The notes under the pieces: model-generated | The model's database searches: none | Told to the model about the DNA's origin: nothing | Seen by the model: the letters and a program-made list of their open reading frames with translations, nothing else | Position numbers and translations under genes: made by a program | Source: Oopsacas minuta | Lineage: Eukaryota > Animalia > Porifera | Assembly (NCBI GenBank): GCA_024704765.1 | Contig: JAKMXF010000343.1 | Span: 124,001 to 188,000 of the forward strand | Direction of reading: 5' to 3' | DNA: 64,000 bases | Shown: positions 39,463 through 51,143 of the stretch, piece by piece | Numbering within the stretch: position 1 is the stretch's first letter | Layout of the letters: every line of letters starts with the position of its first letter

Positions 39463-41212
39463 CTAAGATAGGCCTACAAGGATAACAACCGACACGGAAA
39501 AGATCACACAAATAACTACGAACACTGTGAACACAGAGTCTCTAAGCGGCATATCTGTCGGCGTGTAGAAACCCTCCGAACGTGGGTAAGCGGACGAAGC
39601 GAGTGATCCATCAGGAAGGAGTTTATTATCCTGCATGGCCGCCATTTGGTATATCTGTTTATCTTTCTCAATTCTCTCATCAGTAACGTGATAAATATCG
39701 AAAAGAAAGAAGATAGTAGCTGTGCAGAATATCCAAGCCCCCATTAGATAACGTGAAATCCGTGATGGAGGGTAGAAATCGTCAAATATTGTATTGTAAT
39801 AGCAGTTCATACTCTCTGTGATGAATAAGCCCAGCATTATGTAGCCGTTAGATACGATTATAGTGAAGAGTAGAAGATAGAAGTAGATTAGGTCAAATAT
39901 GAACCTATAAGTATATGTGAATATATAATACAGGGAAAATGATGAAAATCACCGGAAATATGTTGGTAAGTATGCTACAATATTGTTTGTAATTGTAATC
40001 AAGTAACTGTTAATAAAATCAGGCGATAAATAAACACAAACAAACCTTGGAGTAGGATGATTAAATTTTGAACACTTCGCGAATGACACAAACGGAATAA
40101 TAATAGCCAATATGAGCACGAATATTCCGATTATTTGATAACTCAGAAATATATCAAAATCCAATATCCATAGTCCAATAACTCTATACTGAGGAGGCAC
40201 AGTCAAACCGGAATAAACCAAGAATAAAACAAATGCGATTATAGCTAACAAGCTACTAGCAAACAATATTAGCCGATGTGTTATGAACCAAATCCTCCTA
40301 TCATCACCTAAGGTTGGTACAAGGAAATGCCATATGAAGCAAGCTATAGGGAATAATAACATCCATGCTAGGATGTTGAGACCGAGATGAGGTTTCCAGT
40401 ATTGACAGTTTGATACCTAAAATAATATATATAATAAAACTTCATGAGTACGTTTATACGAACACTAACGGATGGTCAAAGTATATTAGTAATTATCGTG
40501 GTCGCTTGAGCTTCGATATAATGGGAGTTGACCATATTGCCTTACCTGTACAGTTCTAATATTAGAACTTATAGGTAATTGTACTTCTATGCAAGAAGAA
40601 CTTCTTAATGGAGCAGCAAAAGGTTCATAGATAACATGCCTATCTAGTCTGAGGTTAGATTGGCCAGCTGAGTAGAATTGATAGAGACAATCTGATAGGT
40701 CAGCATCAGCTGGATCTGCTCCTGTAATATTAAAGTGTTATGAATAATTACAAGTAAACTAACAAACAAATAAACAAACCAGAAATCAGCCTCTCAACCT
40801 TACAGTATATCTCCCCGTCAGCAGTATACTCAGCTTCTAGAACACACAGATTCTGACTAGTATCAACATGATTAGCTACAAAATTGCTTCTTCCATTCAG
40901 ACTCAGATCTTTAGCGATTATTCTAGTACAATTGTCTGGGGTATCCTGGAAATACGCACATTCACAAGATATGACGTCATCATCTCCCATGAATAAGTCA
41001 CTTGAGAAACTGGTGGCTACCCATCTAGAGTTTTTAGCTTGCATTTCAATAGTTAGGACATCACCTGCACCTGGCTGATTGTAAGAGAATTGTCTGGAAA
41101 AGTCTTCTTCTATAAAACAAGTTTTATCTCTCCCGCATTCTCCAGAATCTAGTAGACTCCATGTACCGGAAATAAGGAGGGTAAGTGATAAGAAGATTAG
41201 ACACTGTTTCAT
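39463..41212 (-). CDS. DOMON + cytochrome b561 protein (FRRS1-like), 4 exons (41212-40780, 40721-40546, 40416-40046, 39904-39463)
   Basis: Signal peptide, CGRDKTC, WVATSFSSDLFMGDDDVISC and DGEIYCKVER DOMON motifs; PHLGLNILAWM and WFITHRLI b561 helices; all junctions GT-AG in frame. Confidence 0.72.
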
Positions 41213-41825
41213 TAAGAACTTTCGTTTGCTAATAAACACCAGACAGACAAACTAACGAAAAAATAAAATCAGCTGACTCTCCGCCCCTTCATTTGATCAA
41301 GGGCCAAGTTTATGTCATGACCATGGCTTCGTGATTAGACCGCCAAAACGCAATGATTAAGAGTTGTGAACCGGGAAAATTGGCCATAACCTAACACTGA
41401 AAGTATTATTTGAGTAAAACCGCTAGCAAAAAAGGATTACACTTGTGACAATGTTGTTCACCTTCTGTCATCAACAAATGATAGATTTCAATGGGGAAGA
41501 TATTTGTAAAGGAATTCTCTAGTGTATATTTTATGGCTAGAAAGTCAATAAATTCAACATTTCAAAGATTCACATAGTTTTATGAGACCACCCTGATAGC
41601 AGTTATAATTCTAAACGGTTTGTTCTGCATTTATACTTTTAACATCAAGATGCTTAGTCATCACCTCGCCCAGTTGGCCATGTGATATTCGGTGTAGTAT
41701 ACCAAACCAGAGCAGTTGCCCTCGGTGATCCAGGCCTCCAAGGACGACAGCAGGGGGTACACAGGATCTCAAAATTTGCATAACAGTCTATAGGAGGGTT
41801 CCATATAATATGTTAAAATTGGAAT

Positions 41826-41950
41826 AGGGCGGCGGTTCCCAACCTGTGATGCATGGACCCTGTTGATTCACGGAGGACAACAAGGGGTCCACAGGATTTA
41901 TCGCAGTCTATGAGAGGGGGTCCACGGGTGAAAAGGTTAGAAATCGCTGG
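41826..41950. mobile_element. hAT/Charlie-like MITE (family C), with a degenerate tandem copy at ~41705-41800
   Basis: GCGGCGGTTCCCAACC...GGTTAGAAATCGCTG ends. Confidence 0.65.
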
Positions 41951-42321
41951 AATGGGCGAACATCACTGTATTTAGTCTAGTCGGCAAGCGAAAAAGTGCG
42001 TTGCCATGAAACCTGCCTAGATCTGCTACTCCGAAGTACTGACAATTACAGACTTCAAGGTTGTGAAATGTTTGGGATTTTAGGGAATAAGCTCAACTTA
42101 TATATAACGCCCAAAAAAGTTTTTGGACTGCTATTTTCAAGCATTTATATAAGATGAGAGTCCAGTCAAAAAGCGCGACAGTTAGCAAGTATGCTGAAGT
42201 GTGTACATACATGTGTTAGCTAATTAAGTAAATTTACTAAAATAATGAGTAACAACAAAAACATCAAATTCACTCACAAATAGTTCCAAAAGGTAACACT
42301 TATTCCCTCTAAGATTTGGTC

Positions 42322-43599
42322 TCAAAAAACTTTCAAACAACTCACTGGCCTCTGACAACTAACTATAATCTTGTTATGAGCTATCACAACTCCCATACAC
42401 CCGTCAACAACTTCACTCAAAGGTCTATCTTTACCCATCTTCAAAATCATCTTCAATTCCTTACTAACAAATTCTAAAACTTTAATAGCGTCCGCATCGA
42501 AATCTGAAATAATAATTGAACCATCTGGACCAAAGCAAAAAGATTTTGCATTCAGAATTACGTAATTAGAGCCTTTTTTCAAGAAACGTTCCTCGAATTG
42601 ATGATTTTCCCGATTGAAAGAGTGCAGGAAGTGACCTTCTCCGGCGTCAATCACGTAAATCTTATCTTTATGAAACTGGATATATTGCGGTTTATATAAT
42701 TCGTCTTTCCCGAATTCTTCTTGGAAAACAAGCGTTTTATTGAACACACAAACACGTTTGTTATCCAAATCCGCTACGTATATTCTATTTGTATTAGCTT
42801 TGATATCAACAGGGAAACTCAAACATGTTTTCTCACAACCAGGAGTTTCCTTCTGTTTCCGAATATATTCGTATCCCGGATTCGAGAACTGGTAGATAGT
42901 TCTACCAACACTATCAGCGATATAACAGTATGACTCATCAACAGCTACCGAGCATGGAAAATCAAATTTATCATCACCAAACTCATTCACAATTGTCCCT
43001 TCAGTTGTCATAACACATATTCTCCGGTTATTCGCGTCAGGAACGTAAAGATAGTTACTACCTATATCATAAGCGAGCTTCACAGGGCAGTTCAAAACTC
43101 GCTCACCCATTGTTCGTGCTGCGCGACTTTTGGTGGAATAATCGATTTGGATTACTTGTTGATTGTTTTGATTGGGAGTGTCGTTGAAATCCGTTTTCGA
43201 ACTGGGACTTTTTAAACTCGGAAAAAGACTATCTAAGTATTCTTGAAACGTTTCTGCTGGCAGGGGAGTGAAATTCGAATCGAGAGCAAAGTTTTCGCTT
43301 TTTAGACAATCGATTTCCTTCTCTATAGCGATCATTGAAGTATTACGAATTTCAGAAATTGTGTTCTCCCGGATCGTTTGTTCAATACTTTTAAGTACAC
43401 TTTCCAGTTCTTTTATCGATTTATTTTTTATCGCTTTCCTAGACTCATAGTCCTTGAAATTCTCACGAGCTTCGCAAAGAAGGATCACCCTCTTATTGTT
43501 CAATATGTAAATCCAATCATCAAACATTTTATTAATTACATTCTCCAAAACGACAATATCTTCCATCTCAGGAGGAATAACATTCTCATTAGTGCACAT
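42322..43599 (-). CDS. Coiled-coil + NHL-repeat protein (TRIM-NHL-like, no RING or B-box)
   Basis: N-terminal helical coil; YLYVPDANNRRICV, FDFPCSVAVD, LSFPVDIK..RIYVADLDNKRVCVF, FCFGPDGSIIISD. Confidence 0.85.
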   Translation of the reverse strand: MCTNENVIPPEMEDIVVLENVINKMFDDWIYILNNKRVILLCEARENFKDYESRKAIKNKSIKELESVLKSIEQTIRENTISEIRNTSMIAIEKEIDCLKSENFALDSNFTPLPAETFQEYLDSLFPSLKSPSSKTDFNDTPNQNNQQVIQIDYSTKSRAARTMGERVLNCPVKLAYDIGSNYLYVPDANNRRICVMTTEGTIVNEFGDDKFDFPCSVAVDESYCYIADSVGRTIYQFSNPGYEYIRKQKETPGCEKTCLSFPVDIKANTNRIYVADLDNKRVCVFNKTLVFQEEFGKDELYKPQYIQFHKDKIYVIDAGEGHFLHSFNRENHQFEERFLKKGSNYVILNAKSFCFGPDGSIIISDFDADAIKVLEFVSKELKMILKMGKDRPLSEVVDGCMGVVIAHNKIIVSCQRPVSCLKVF

Positions 43600-44269
43600 T
43601 CCAATGTAGAATAATATATTATACTCGACTGGTTAATCTAAACCTTATTTTGCTATTATTGCTATACTGTAAGAAATCAAATTTATTCAAACAAGCTTGG
43701 GGAGTTAGTTAATGTTATTAGCTTAATTATCATAATTATACAAATTTGACCGATGAATGAGCTAATTGCTAACATACCCATGTATGTAGCATCAATTAAT
43801 ATTCCATAATTGGCGTTGATATGACAAATGCAACGAATTATAAGCAAAAGTATGCTATTTTATTATCACGAGCGCGCTTTAATTGAACGCGCTACGCGGC
43901 TTACAAATACTCTGTGAGTGCGTGCTGGGAAACACTTTGTGCCTTGATCTAATACATTTACATAGACTATTATTTGTATTGAAAATTGCAACTCTTCTCC
44001 TTGAGATCAAAGTACAACCTGGCAGTAACAAACCTATCGCCAAATCGATATATCATAGGATTAGGTATGTGACAACTCCAACTATGATAGCATTAGCAAT
44101 TTAGTGGTGGTGTAATCATAAAATAATATCAAAATATAGTTGCAACTATTAATGTAAGTAATTTTGTACTATCAGCAGTTCTAGTAATAAAATGCTAACA
44201 ATCTAACTCAATATTGTTTGAGTATAAAATGGGATAAATTGCAAGAACATATACTCTTATATATCTATC

Positions 44270-45253
44270 ATGAACATATTCCATATAATCACTCTGTTAC
44301 TCACAATAATTTGTGTAACAGAAGCTAATGATAATGTTAACAGTTGTCCTAGCTGTGAGATGCCATGTCGTGTGTCTGCTCCTGACATCAGCAGATCCTC
44401 TTTAATAAAGTTATACTCTAGCTCTGTAGACTCCTATACCATTACTACTATTCTAGATGGATACAATTGTGCTTTCAGGGTAACTGTTTCACAAAACTCT
44501 ACTGTTTATTTAGCTAGGAAAAATGTTTGTAATTGGTCATTTGATACGCACTGTAGAATACTATCCGGGACTCCCAAAATCACGCCGGTTAGAAATGATA
44601 ACACTCGGCTTAAAGTAGGATTTCCAGCTTTCAGAAATTTCCATGTTCATTTGAAACCTGCTGAAGATTATGTTGCGTCCCTTTTCTATGAGAAAGTTGG
44701 ACTTATTCAGAATGAACTATCTATAACAAAGGAACAACTCTCGAATACTAGTGATGAGCTCGCTACCACAAATGAACAACTCTCGAATACTAGTGATGAG
44801 CTCGCTACCACAACTGAACGACTGGAATTACTCATAGAAGAATTAGAAGAGAGAGATTTGATGCGATCTAGACTTAAATATGCTATAGCTAATTCTTTTA
44901 TATCAGGTAATGATTGGGGATGTCAGGAGCCTAATCCCATGATATACCCGAACGGTCAGAAGTATTGTTACTCAACAGCTGGTAACTGGATTCACTTTGA
45001 TCTGAAGGAGAAGTTTACTATTAATCTGATTCGTTTCCACTTGTGGGAACATGATTATCGTGTCTATACCTATCAACTATCTATTTCACCTGATCGTGTA
45101 AATTGGGAATCTATAGCTGCAGGCGTAACTGGTCATTCTATCCAAGAATATAAGTTAGATAATCCTACAGATATCCGTTACATCAGGATGGAGGGGAATA
45201 ATACTTTAAGTAGGTACTTACAGTTGCTTGCTTTATCAGTAGATTGGGTATAG
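44270..45253 (+). CDS. Secreted protein: signal peptide, Cys-containing domain, coiled coil, F5/8C (discoidin/BTBD9-like) domain
   Basis: Hydrophobic N-terminus ending TEA; WIHFDL..FTINLIRFHLW..DYRVYTYQLSIS.D.VNW....IRYIRMEG pattern. Confidence 0.7.
   Translation: MNIFHIITLLLTIICVTEANDNVNSCPSCEMPCRVSAPDISRSSLIKLYSSSVDSYTITTILDGYNCAFRVTVSQNSTVYLARKNVCNWSFDTHCRILSGTPKITPVRNDNTRLKVGFPAFRNFHVHLKPAEDYVASLFYEKVGLIQNELSITKEQLSNTSDELATTNEQLSNTSDELATTTERLELLIEELEERDLMRSRLKYAIANSFISGNDWGCQEPNPMIYPNGQKYCYSTAGNWIHFDLKEKFTINLIRFHLWEHDYRVYTYQLSISPDRVNWESIAAGVTGHSIQEYKLDNPTDIRYIRMEGNNTLSRYLQLLALSVDWV
44732..44815 (+). repeat. 42-bp coding tandem duplication (EQLSNTSDELATTN/T x2)
   Basis: gaacaactctcgaatactagtgatgagctcgctaccacaa repeated twice. 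Confidence 0.9.
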
Positions 45254-46056
45254 AAGTACAACAGCTGATAGTGAATACCAACTGTTGTAGTTATGTAGTA
45301 TGTATCTGTGTTGTTGATTTATCTTTGTAGTATAAACATTATTTTTGCTAGGCCTGTGATCTCAGTACTTTGTTCCACGGGACTGTATTTGGGTGGCCGT
45401 TATTTGCAGGTGACCGTAGGTTCCACTAATTCATAATTGTTAGTCTGATAAGAGATAATAATGATCAAATATACCATATAGTGGGTAGTATGCAAAGTGA
45501 GTTACCAAAGAAGGCATTGTAAGTGAAGTGTATTTAAAATTTTCTGCATTTCATAAGTAGATAGCATGATGCTATTACAAATCAACACTGCAGAAGTTTT
45601 ATTAATATACTCTCTAGCCGTGTTTACTTGTAACTATTTGAAATCTAATAATGTCAAATTGCACCATGGATTATTTGAGTTTTATTTAGGTGTCAGCAAT
45701 TATTTTGTGTAGCATAGTGTTTAGCAAGGTTGAAACCGATCAAACCGAATATCAGTATTCATGAATAGCAACCTAACCGAATACTGATATTCAGTTGCAA
45801 CATTGGTATTTAGCATACGCATGCCTGTTCGACTGTTTAGACACTATATACATAGTTGTCGATTCTCACGGATCCGAAGCGAGACTCAAGTGCTTGAACA
45901 CGATGTCACTTTAATTTTTACCAATTTTTCTGGTAAAGATTGAAGTTATACAGAGTTTCATAACGCCATCAACACTTTTTCCATTTTGGTGGGTAGATTT
46001 CTATAGCCAAACATTTTATTTTAAAACTTGCAAAAGTCAACATCTTTGATTGTTCA

Positions 46057-47115
46057 ATGGCTAATTTGATCTTAGAAAAAGGATTGAACTGGTTTCTATT
46101 AATTATCGGTGGAGATAGTCATATTGATTCATTACAGAACTCCGTTACAGAACTGAAAACTATTTGGGATACTCTTATTTCTAAAAATCTTGTAAACAAA
46201 CAACAAATTAAACTACTAAACACTCGAAACGAGAACTTATTTGGAGATGAAACAACTTTGAAATTAGTAACACCAGAATTAATTATATCAATATTAGAAG
46301 GGAAATATCCAATTTCGAATGACAAAAATCCATCTTTTGTTTCCAAATTGGATACAGTAGTTATATTCTTTGCCGGACATGGTAAGAGCCCTCTCGATTG
46401 GACGATTATACCCCCTTCATGTGGTGAATATGAGGATTTAGGAAGTTGGATGTTGTTTTCAGATTTTAATGAGGCACCAGAACTTTTCACACCTTCCAAA
46501 TGGGGTGAAGTTCAAACAGAATCTAGGATAATTGTATTTTCATTAGCTTGCTATTCAGGGAATTTGTTTAAGCAAAGTTTTGTTGATAAAAATAATTGTT
46601 TGGCAGTTTGTTTTGCTACACAAGATTATCCTGCTAGTTTTGATCAATTAATGGGTAGAGGAATTCGCCATTTCTTTGAACAGGAAAATGTGAAAGAAAG
46701 GAAATTAGGAGATTTGTGTGATAAATTACAAGAATTTTTACTTGATAATGATATAATTCTCTTGAAAAAGAAGGAGAATTTGGCTCAAACGGAACTCGAT
46801 TATAATCGAGAAATAATTGAAAGTAAGGAATTTGCTATCGGGGAATTGCAATGCTACGAGCCGAGGAAAATACCATCTGAATTGTGGGGAATATTTCGTG
46901 AGATCGACGAGATGAAACATACAATAAATGAATTGAAAATTGCAAACATTTCTTCAGATATTATTAGTAAATTCGATAAACATATAGATGTACTAAACTG
47001 GAGAAGATTCGATTTGATGAGGATGTATAAACATAAGCCAAATAATCGAATTCAGATTTGTGGCAATATTTATTTATTACAAAGTGTTAGAATGGATGAT
47101 TTGTTCAATTTATGA
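46057..47115 (+). CDS. Clan CD (caspase/metacaspase/legumain fold) peptidase-like protein with C-terminal coiled coil
   Basis: FLLIIGG first strand; VVIFFAGHG (His108) and IIVFSLACYSG (Cys165) form the dyad signature; intronless. Confidence 0.65.
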   Translation: MANLILEKGLNWFLLIIGGDSHIDSLQNSVTELKTIWDTLISKNLVNKQQIKLLNTRNENLFGDETTLKLVTPELIISILEGKYPISNDKNPSFVSKLDTVVIFFAGHGKSPLDWTIIPPSCGEYEDLGSWMLFSDFNEAPELFTPSKWGEVQTESRIIVFSLACYSGNLFKQSFVDKNNCLAVCFATQDYPASFDQLMGRGIRHFFEQENVKERKLGDLCDKLQEFLLDNDIILLKKKENLAQTELDYNREIIESKEFAIGELQCYEPRKIPSELWGIFREIDEMKHTINELKIANISSDIISKFDKHIDVLNWRRFDLMRMYKHKPNNRIQICGNIYLLQSVRMDDLFNL

Positions 47116-47533
47116 TTCATTTTTATATTCTTGAAAATTGGAGTTTATGCTATTGTTTATTTACCATATTTATTTATTGTATTTGAATGTACTTTTGCGT
47201 GTCTTAATATCTTCAGGGAACCAAATTCTAGTTTGGGGTATAGCGGTATAGAGCATAGGCGTAGCGGAGAACGAATACACAGACCCTTACCCTGTTACCC
47301 ATGATTTTTTGGGACAGCCAGCCCAGGCCCGCCGGAACTACACCCACTTGTCTATTGGCGCTGTAATCAATTGGCTCAGAAATATTCATACTTCTCTTGT
47401 TATTGGTTTCACCCGAAGTTGGGCCTGGGTTATTTTTAGGGCGCACGACAATACCTCTCTGTTATGATTTGCGATTTTCTAATTTACTGGAATATATATA
47501 CATTCCTATTATATTATCCTTAGTAACCAGATC

Positions 47534-49520
47534 ATGTCCTTTCCCAAAGCATTCAAGGGAGATGACGAGTACGCAGAGGTCCGTCCTAAACGGTTGGATC
47601 TTGTGTCAACTAAAATCCCAACCACGAATCCGCTAAATTTCGCAGAAAAATCCACTCTTGCTGTTGGTCCATCACGTGGCTTTGAAGCACCCCCTCAAGC
47701 GATGGAGGTTCCCCATTGGGAGCCCCCTATCAGTCCACAGACCCACTCAGACTTCCCATACCCCTCGAAGGGTTCTGCTCCCCCTCCAGCTGTGCTAGAA
47801 CACCCGATGAAAGCTAAGGGGTACATGAAACATGCTGAGATGATAAAGAGGGAGTTGGAAGATATGCAGGTCAGTTGAGTGAAGAGTAGAGCAGATATAT
47901 TCAAAGCCCGATATCCGGACAACATGCTTGCCAACCCTCCCAGGGTTATCCCAGGATTCCACGTCTTATCCAAAATTTGAAATCTGGTAAATATAATTTG
48001 CTATAGTTTCTGGAATAACGCGGAATAACGGGAAATTTATATAAACACCTTGGTGAGTATGGAACAACAAATACCCTCTCATACCGAAGTCTTATATTGT
48101 ACAAATATAGTCCCAAACAGCCAAAGTAACATATACTTCATTGGTTATATCGAAGTATTATCGCGGTCCCTTGAGCTTCGATATAACAGGAGTTGACTGT
48201 AGTTACAACATATAACCGCCATGGTCACTATTCTCATTTGATTATGATCAGAATTTTCACTGTATTCTACTGTTATCAAATATTGACAATCGATTCTATT
48301 ATTTATTTAGGACAAATTCGGAGATCTTATGAGTCACGCTAAGAACGAGGAGTTGAGAAGACAGTGCAAAGCTCAAGCTATGTCCAGGGAGAATAAACAC
48401 CTGGAGAAGAAGACCCGAGCTCTGGAGTTAGAAGTTGATAGTCTCAAAACTGGCAAGGAGAAACCGAGAAAAGGAGATGAACTGATTACTGATATCAAAG
48501 GTTGTTATTCATACAGTGGACATCATTAATACAAACAGTATGAACAGTATACTGTACGTATAATTGGCAATTGTTTATCACCAATCATATTGTAGGTATC
48601 CTAAATCAGAATGAACAACTCTATCAAGCTAACAATAAATGGGGTACAGCTTATCATGACCTAGAAGACATATACCAAAAGAGATTAGATGAAGAGGAGA
48701 AGATACGTAAGAAAATGGAGATGAGAGCTAAACAGCTAGCTATTGAGAATCATTGTTTGAAGAATAAGTTCTCTGATTATGGGAAGGGTAAGGATGACAT
48801 GTTGGGTGGATTAGGAATCAGTGGAGAAGATGGAGAGTTCAGTGATAATTTGTCAAATGATTCGTTATCTTCTGATGAATCTGATATGGACAAGGTATGA
48901 ACTTATTCATTTAATAACATACAATACTCTCATGCTAAGAACTGATTCTCGTATATTTGCAGTTCTTATCCGAGTTCTACTGTATCTATCTATAGCTATC
49001 CCTTGGTGTACGAGACTTAGCAAAAGCACGTAAGGAGCGCCGTAAAATGTGGAAAGATCTCTACATAGATGAAGGGAAGAAAGGTAAGAGTCTTGGTTTG
49101 AGAAAAACTGAGGACGCACTCAGAAAGAAAATGGCTAGAATAAAGAAAATAGAGGAACAGCTGGGTGGTGGAACAGCTGCTAAGCTTCCAAGTGGCGGTG
49201 GAATGGCTTCTCTATTGAAAGGGGGCAAGCCCAAGAAACAAGTAGATATGGAAGCTCCAGATATGAGAGCTCTTATGGATCATGTCGCGATTCTTCACAA
49301 GAAACTTGATCGATACAGAGACGATGCTAAATCTATTGAGGGTGAGAATAAGCGATTGAAAGATGACATGGAATTCATGACCAGGAGGTATCAGTCCCTC
49401 ACGGACAGGGTTGAGTTGGGGGGACGAGGAGGACTGGGACCTGGGAGAGGTGACCTTATGGGTTATGGTGGGTTGTCGGATCGGTTCGGTATGAATGATC
49501 GCTTGTTTGATTATTATTGA
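47534..49520 (+). CDS. Coiled-coil protein, 4 exons (47534-47869, 48311-48500, 48596-48894, 48996-49520); possibly ABIN/TNIP-like
   Basis: GT-AG junctions keep frame; Pro-rich N-terminus; QLYQANNKWGTAYHDLEDIYQKRL resembles an ABIN segment; product assignment tentative. Confidence 0.6.
48080..48199. mobile_element. MITE family A in intron 1 of the coiled-coil gene
   Basis: TTGTACAAATATAGTCCC..GCGGTCCCTTGAGCTTCGATATAACAGGAGTTGACTG|TA. Confidence 0.8.
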
Positions 49521-49558
49521 AGTAGTGAGGTAATCCGTATTTTATTTGTGTATGTTTT

Positions 49559-49596
49559 GTTGTTTGTTTGTTTGTTTGTTTGTTTGTTTGTTTGTT
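49559..49596. repeat. (TGTT)n microsatellite
   Basis: about 9 consecutive tgtt units. Confidence 0.9.
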
Positions 49597-49949
49597 AGCA
49601 TTTCTCTTATTACAATAATTCTACATTTCCTTAATTTAATGCATTTACATATTATCCATCTTTCAAATTCCTATGATCCAGTTTTATATTTCAAATAGTT
49701 ATTGTACATTGTCTCATGTAATATATGGATATAACGAAACCCGAGTATATTGAAGTCTTAGATTATACAAATATGGTCCCAAACCGTCAAACTAACATAT
49801 ATTCCATCGGTGATATCGAAGTAATTATCGTGGTCTCTTGAGCTTCGATATGCCGGAAGTTGGCTGTAGATGCATTAGAATATACAACTGTATCCTTATC
49901 CATACTGATTAATGATATTTAGATTTACAATATTAGCTCTGTAATAACA

Positions 49950-50924
49950 ATGTGGAAGAACTTAGATCCTACGAGCACTCGCTCTATTCCTGAACAAGTA
50001 CAAGTAACAGAGAATGAACGTAGACTCCGTGAGTTGTATAGTCTCATAAAGAATAAACGCAAGAAATCTGAACTCTACAATAAACATGATACATCAAAGC
50101 GTAAACTACTCCGATCTGGTAAGATCAAGCTCCGAGCTCTTAGAAGAGAATTCGGAGAGGAGAAGTATCCTAGACAAGAGCCACAGACCCTTGAGAACAC
50201 GCGGGTACCTGATGAGACAATCGTAGACAAAGATGACCTCGAAGTCAAAAGAGATTTCGAGACTGACGAACTTTCCACATATTTTAAAGGAGATTTCCCG
50301 CCTAAAGTGCTTATAACTACCCGTTATAAGTGTTCTAAAAATAGCTACAGATTTGCTAGAGAACTTCAAAACTGCATTCCTAACTCGGTTGCTATGCCAC
50401 GACGTGTTTTGCGTTTGAAAAAAATCATAAAAGAATTGATTGAATTAAAATTTACTTGTTTGATTGTGCTTAATGAAGATCGAAATATTCCTAATGGGAT
50501 TCTATTTACACATTTGCCTTCAGGGCCTACAGCTTATTTCAAACTCTCTAGCCTCCGTAGGGGGCAAAGTATTAAGCACCATGGACGGTCTACACCCCAT
50601 TACCCCGAGCTAATACTCAACAACTTCACTACACGTATTGGACACACGATAGGAAGAATTTTCGCGGCAATATTCCCTCAAAAACCAGATTTTACCGGTA
50701 GACAAGCCGTAACATTTCATACCCAAAGAGATTACATATTCTTCAGACGACATAGATATATTTTTCGTAATAAAAAAAAAGTTTCGCTACAAGAACTAGG
50801 ACCTAGATTCACACTTAGGTTACAGTGGATTCAAAAAGGTACATTCGATACGAAATACGGAGAATACCTATGGTTGTATCATAGAAAGACTATGGGAACT
50901 AATAAGAGGAAATTTATACTATAG
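49950..50924 (+). CDS. RPF1: Ribosome production factor 1 (Brix domain)
   Basis: PKVLITT, LIVLNEDR, HLPSGPTAYFKLSS, PELILNNFTTRIGH, TFHTQRDYIFFRRHRY, LQELGPRFTLRL..KGTFD. Confidence 0.93.
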   Translation: MWKNLDPTSTRSIPEQVQVTENERRLRELYSLIKNKRKKSELYNKHDTSKRKLLRSGKIKLRALRREFGEEKYPRQEPQTLENTRVPDETIVDKDDLEVKRDFETDELSTYFKGDFPPKVLITTRYKCSKNSYRFARELQNCIPNSVAMPRRVLRLKKIIKELIELKFTCLIVLNEDRNIPNGILFTHLPSGPTAYFKLSSLRRGQSIKHHGRSTPHYPELILNNFTTRIGHTIGRIFAAIFPQKPDFTGRQAVTFHTQRDYIFFRRHRYIFRNKKKVSLQELGPRFTLRLQWIQKGTFDTKYGEYLWLYHRKTMGTNKRKFIL

Positions 50925-51143
50925 ATTTGTGTGATTAAATATATAAGATAGATGTGGTCTTAGTTAGCTCGGGAAATATAAGCTAATCAGTTCTACAGTC
51001 GCCATATTTGTACAATTAAGACTTCGATATTACGGGAGTTAACGGTATGTTATCCTATTTATCAGAATATATCTCATATATTAGAATAGAATAAATACCA
51101 ATGTACAATACCATCACCATCTTCTGAGCTACACCCAAATACT

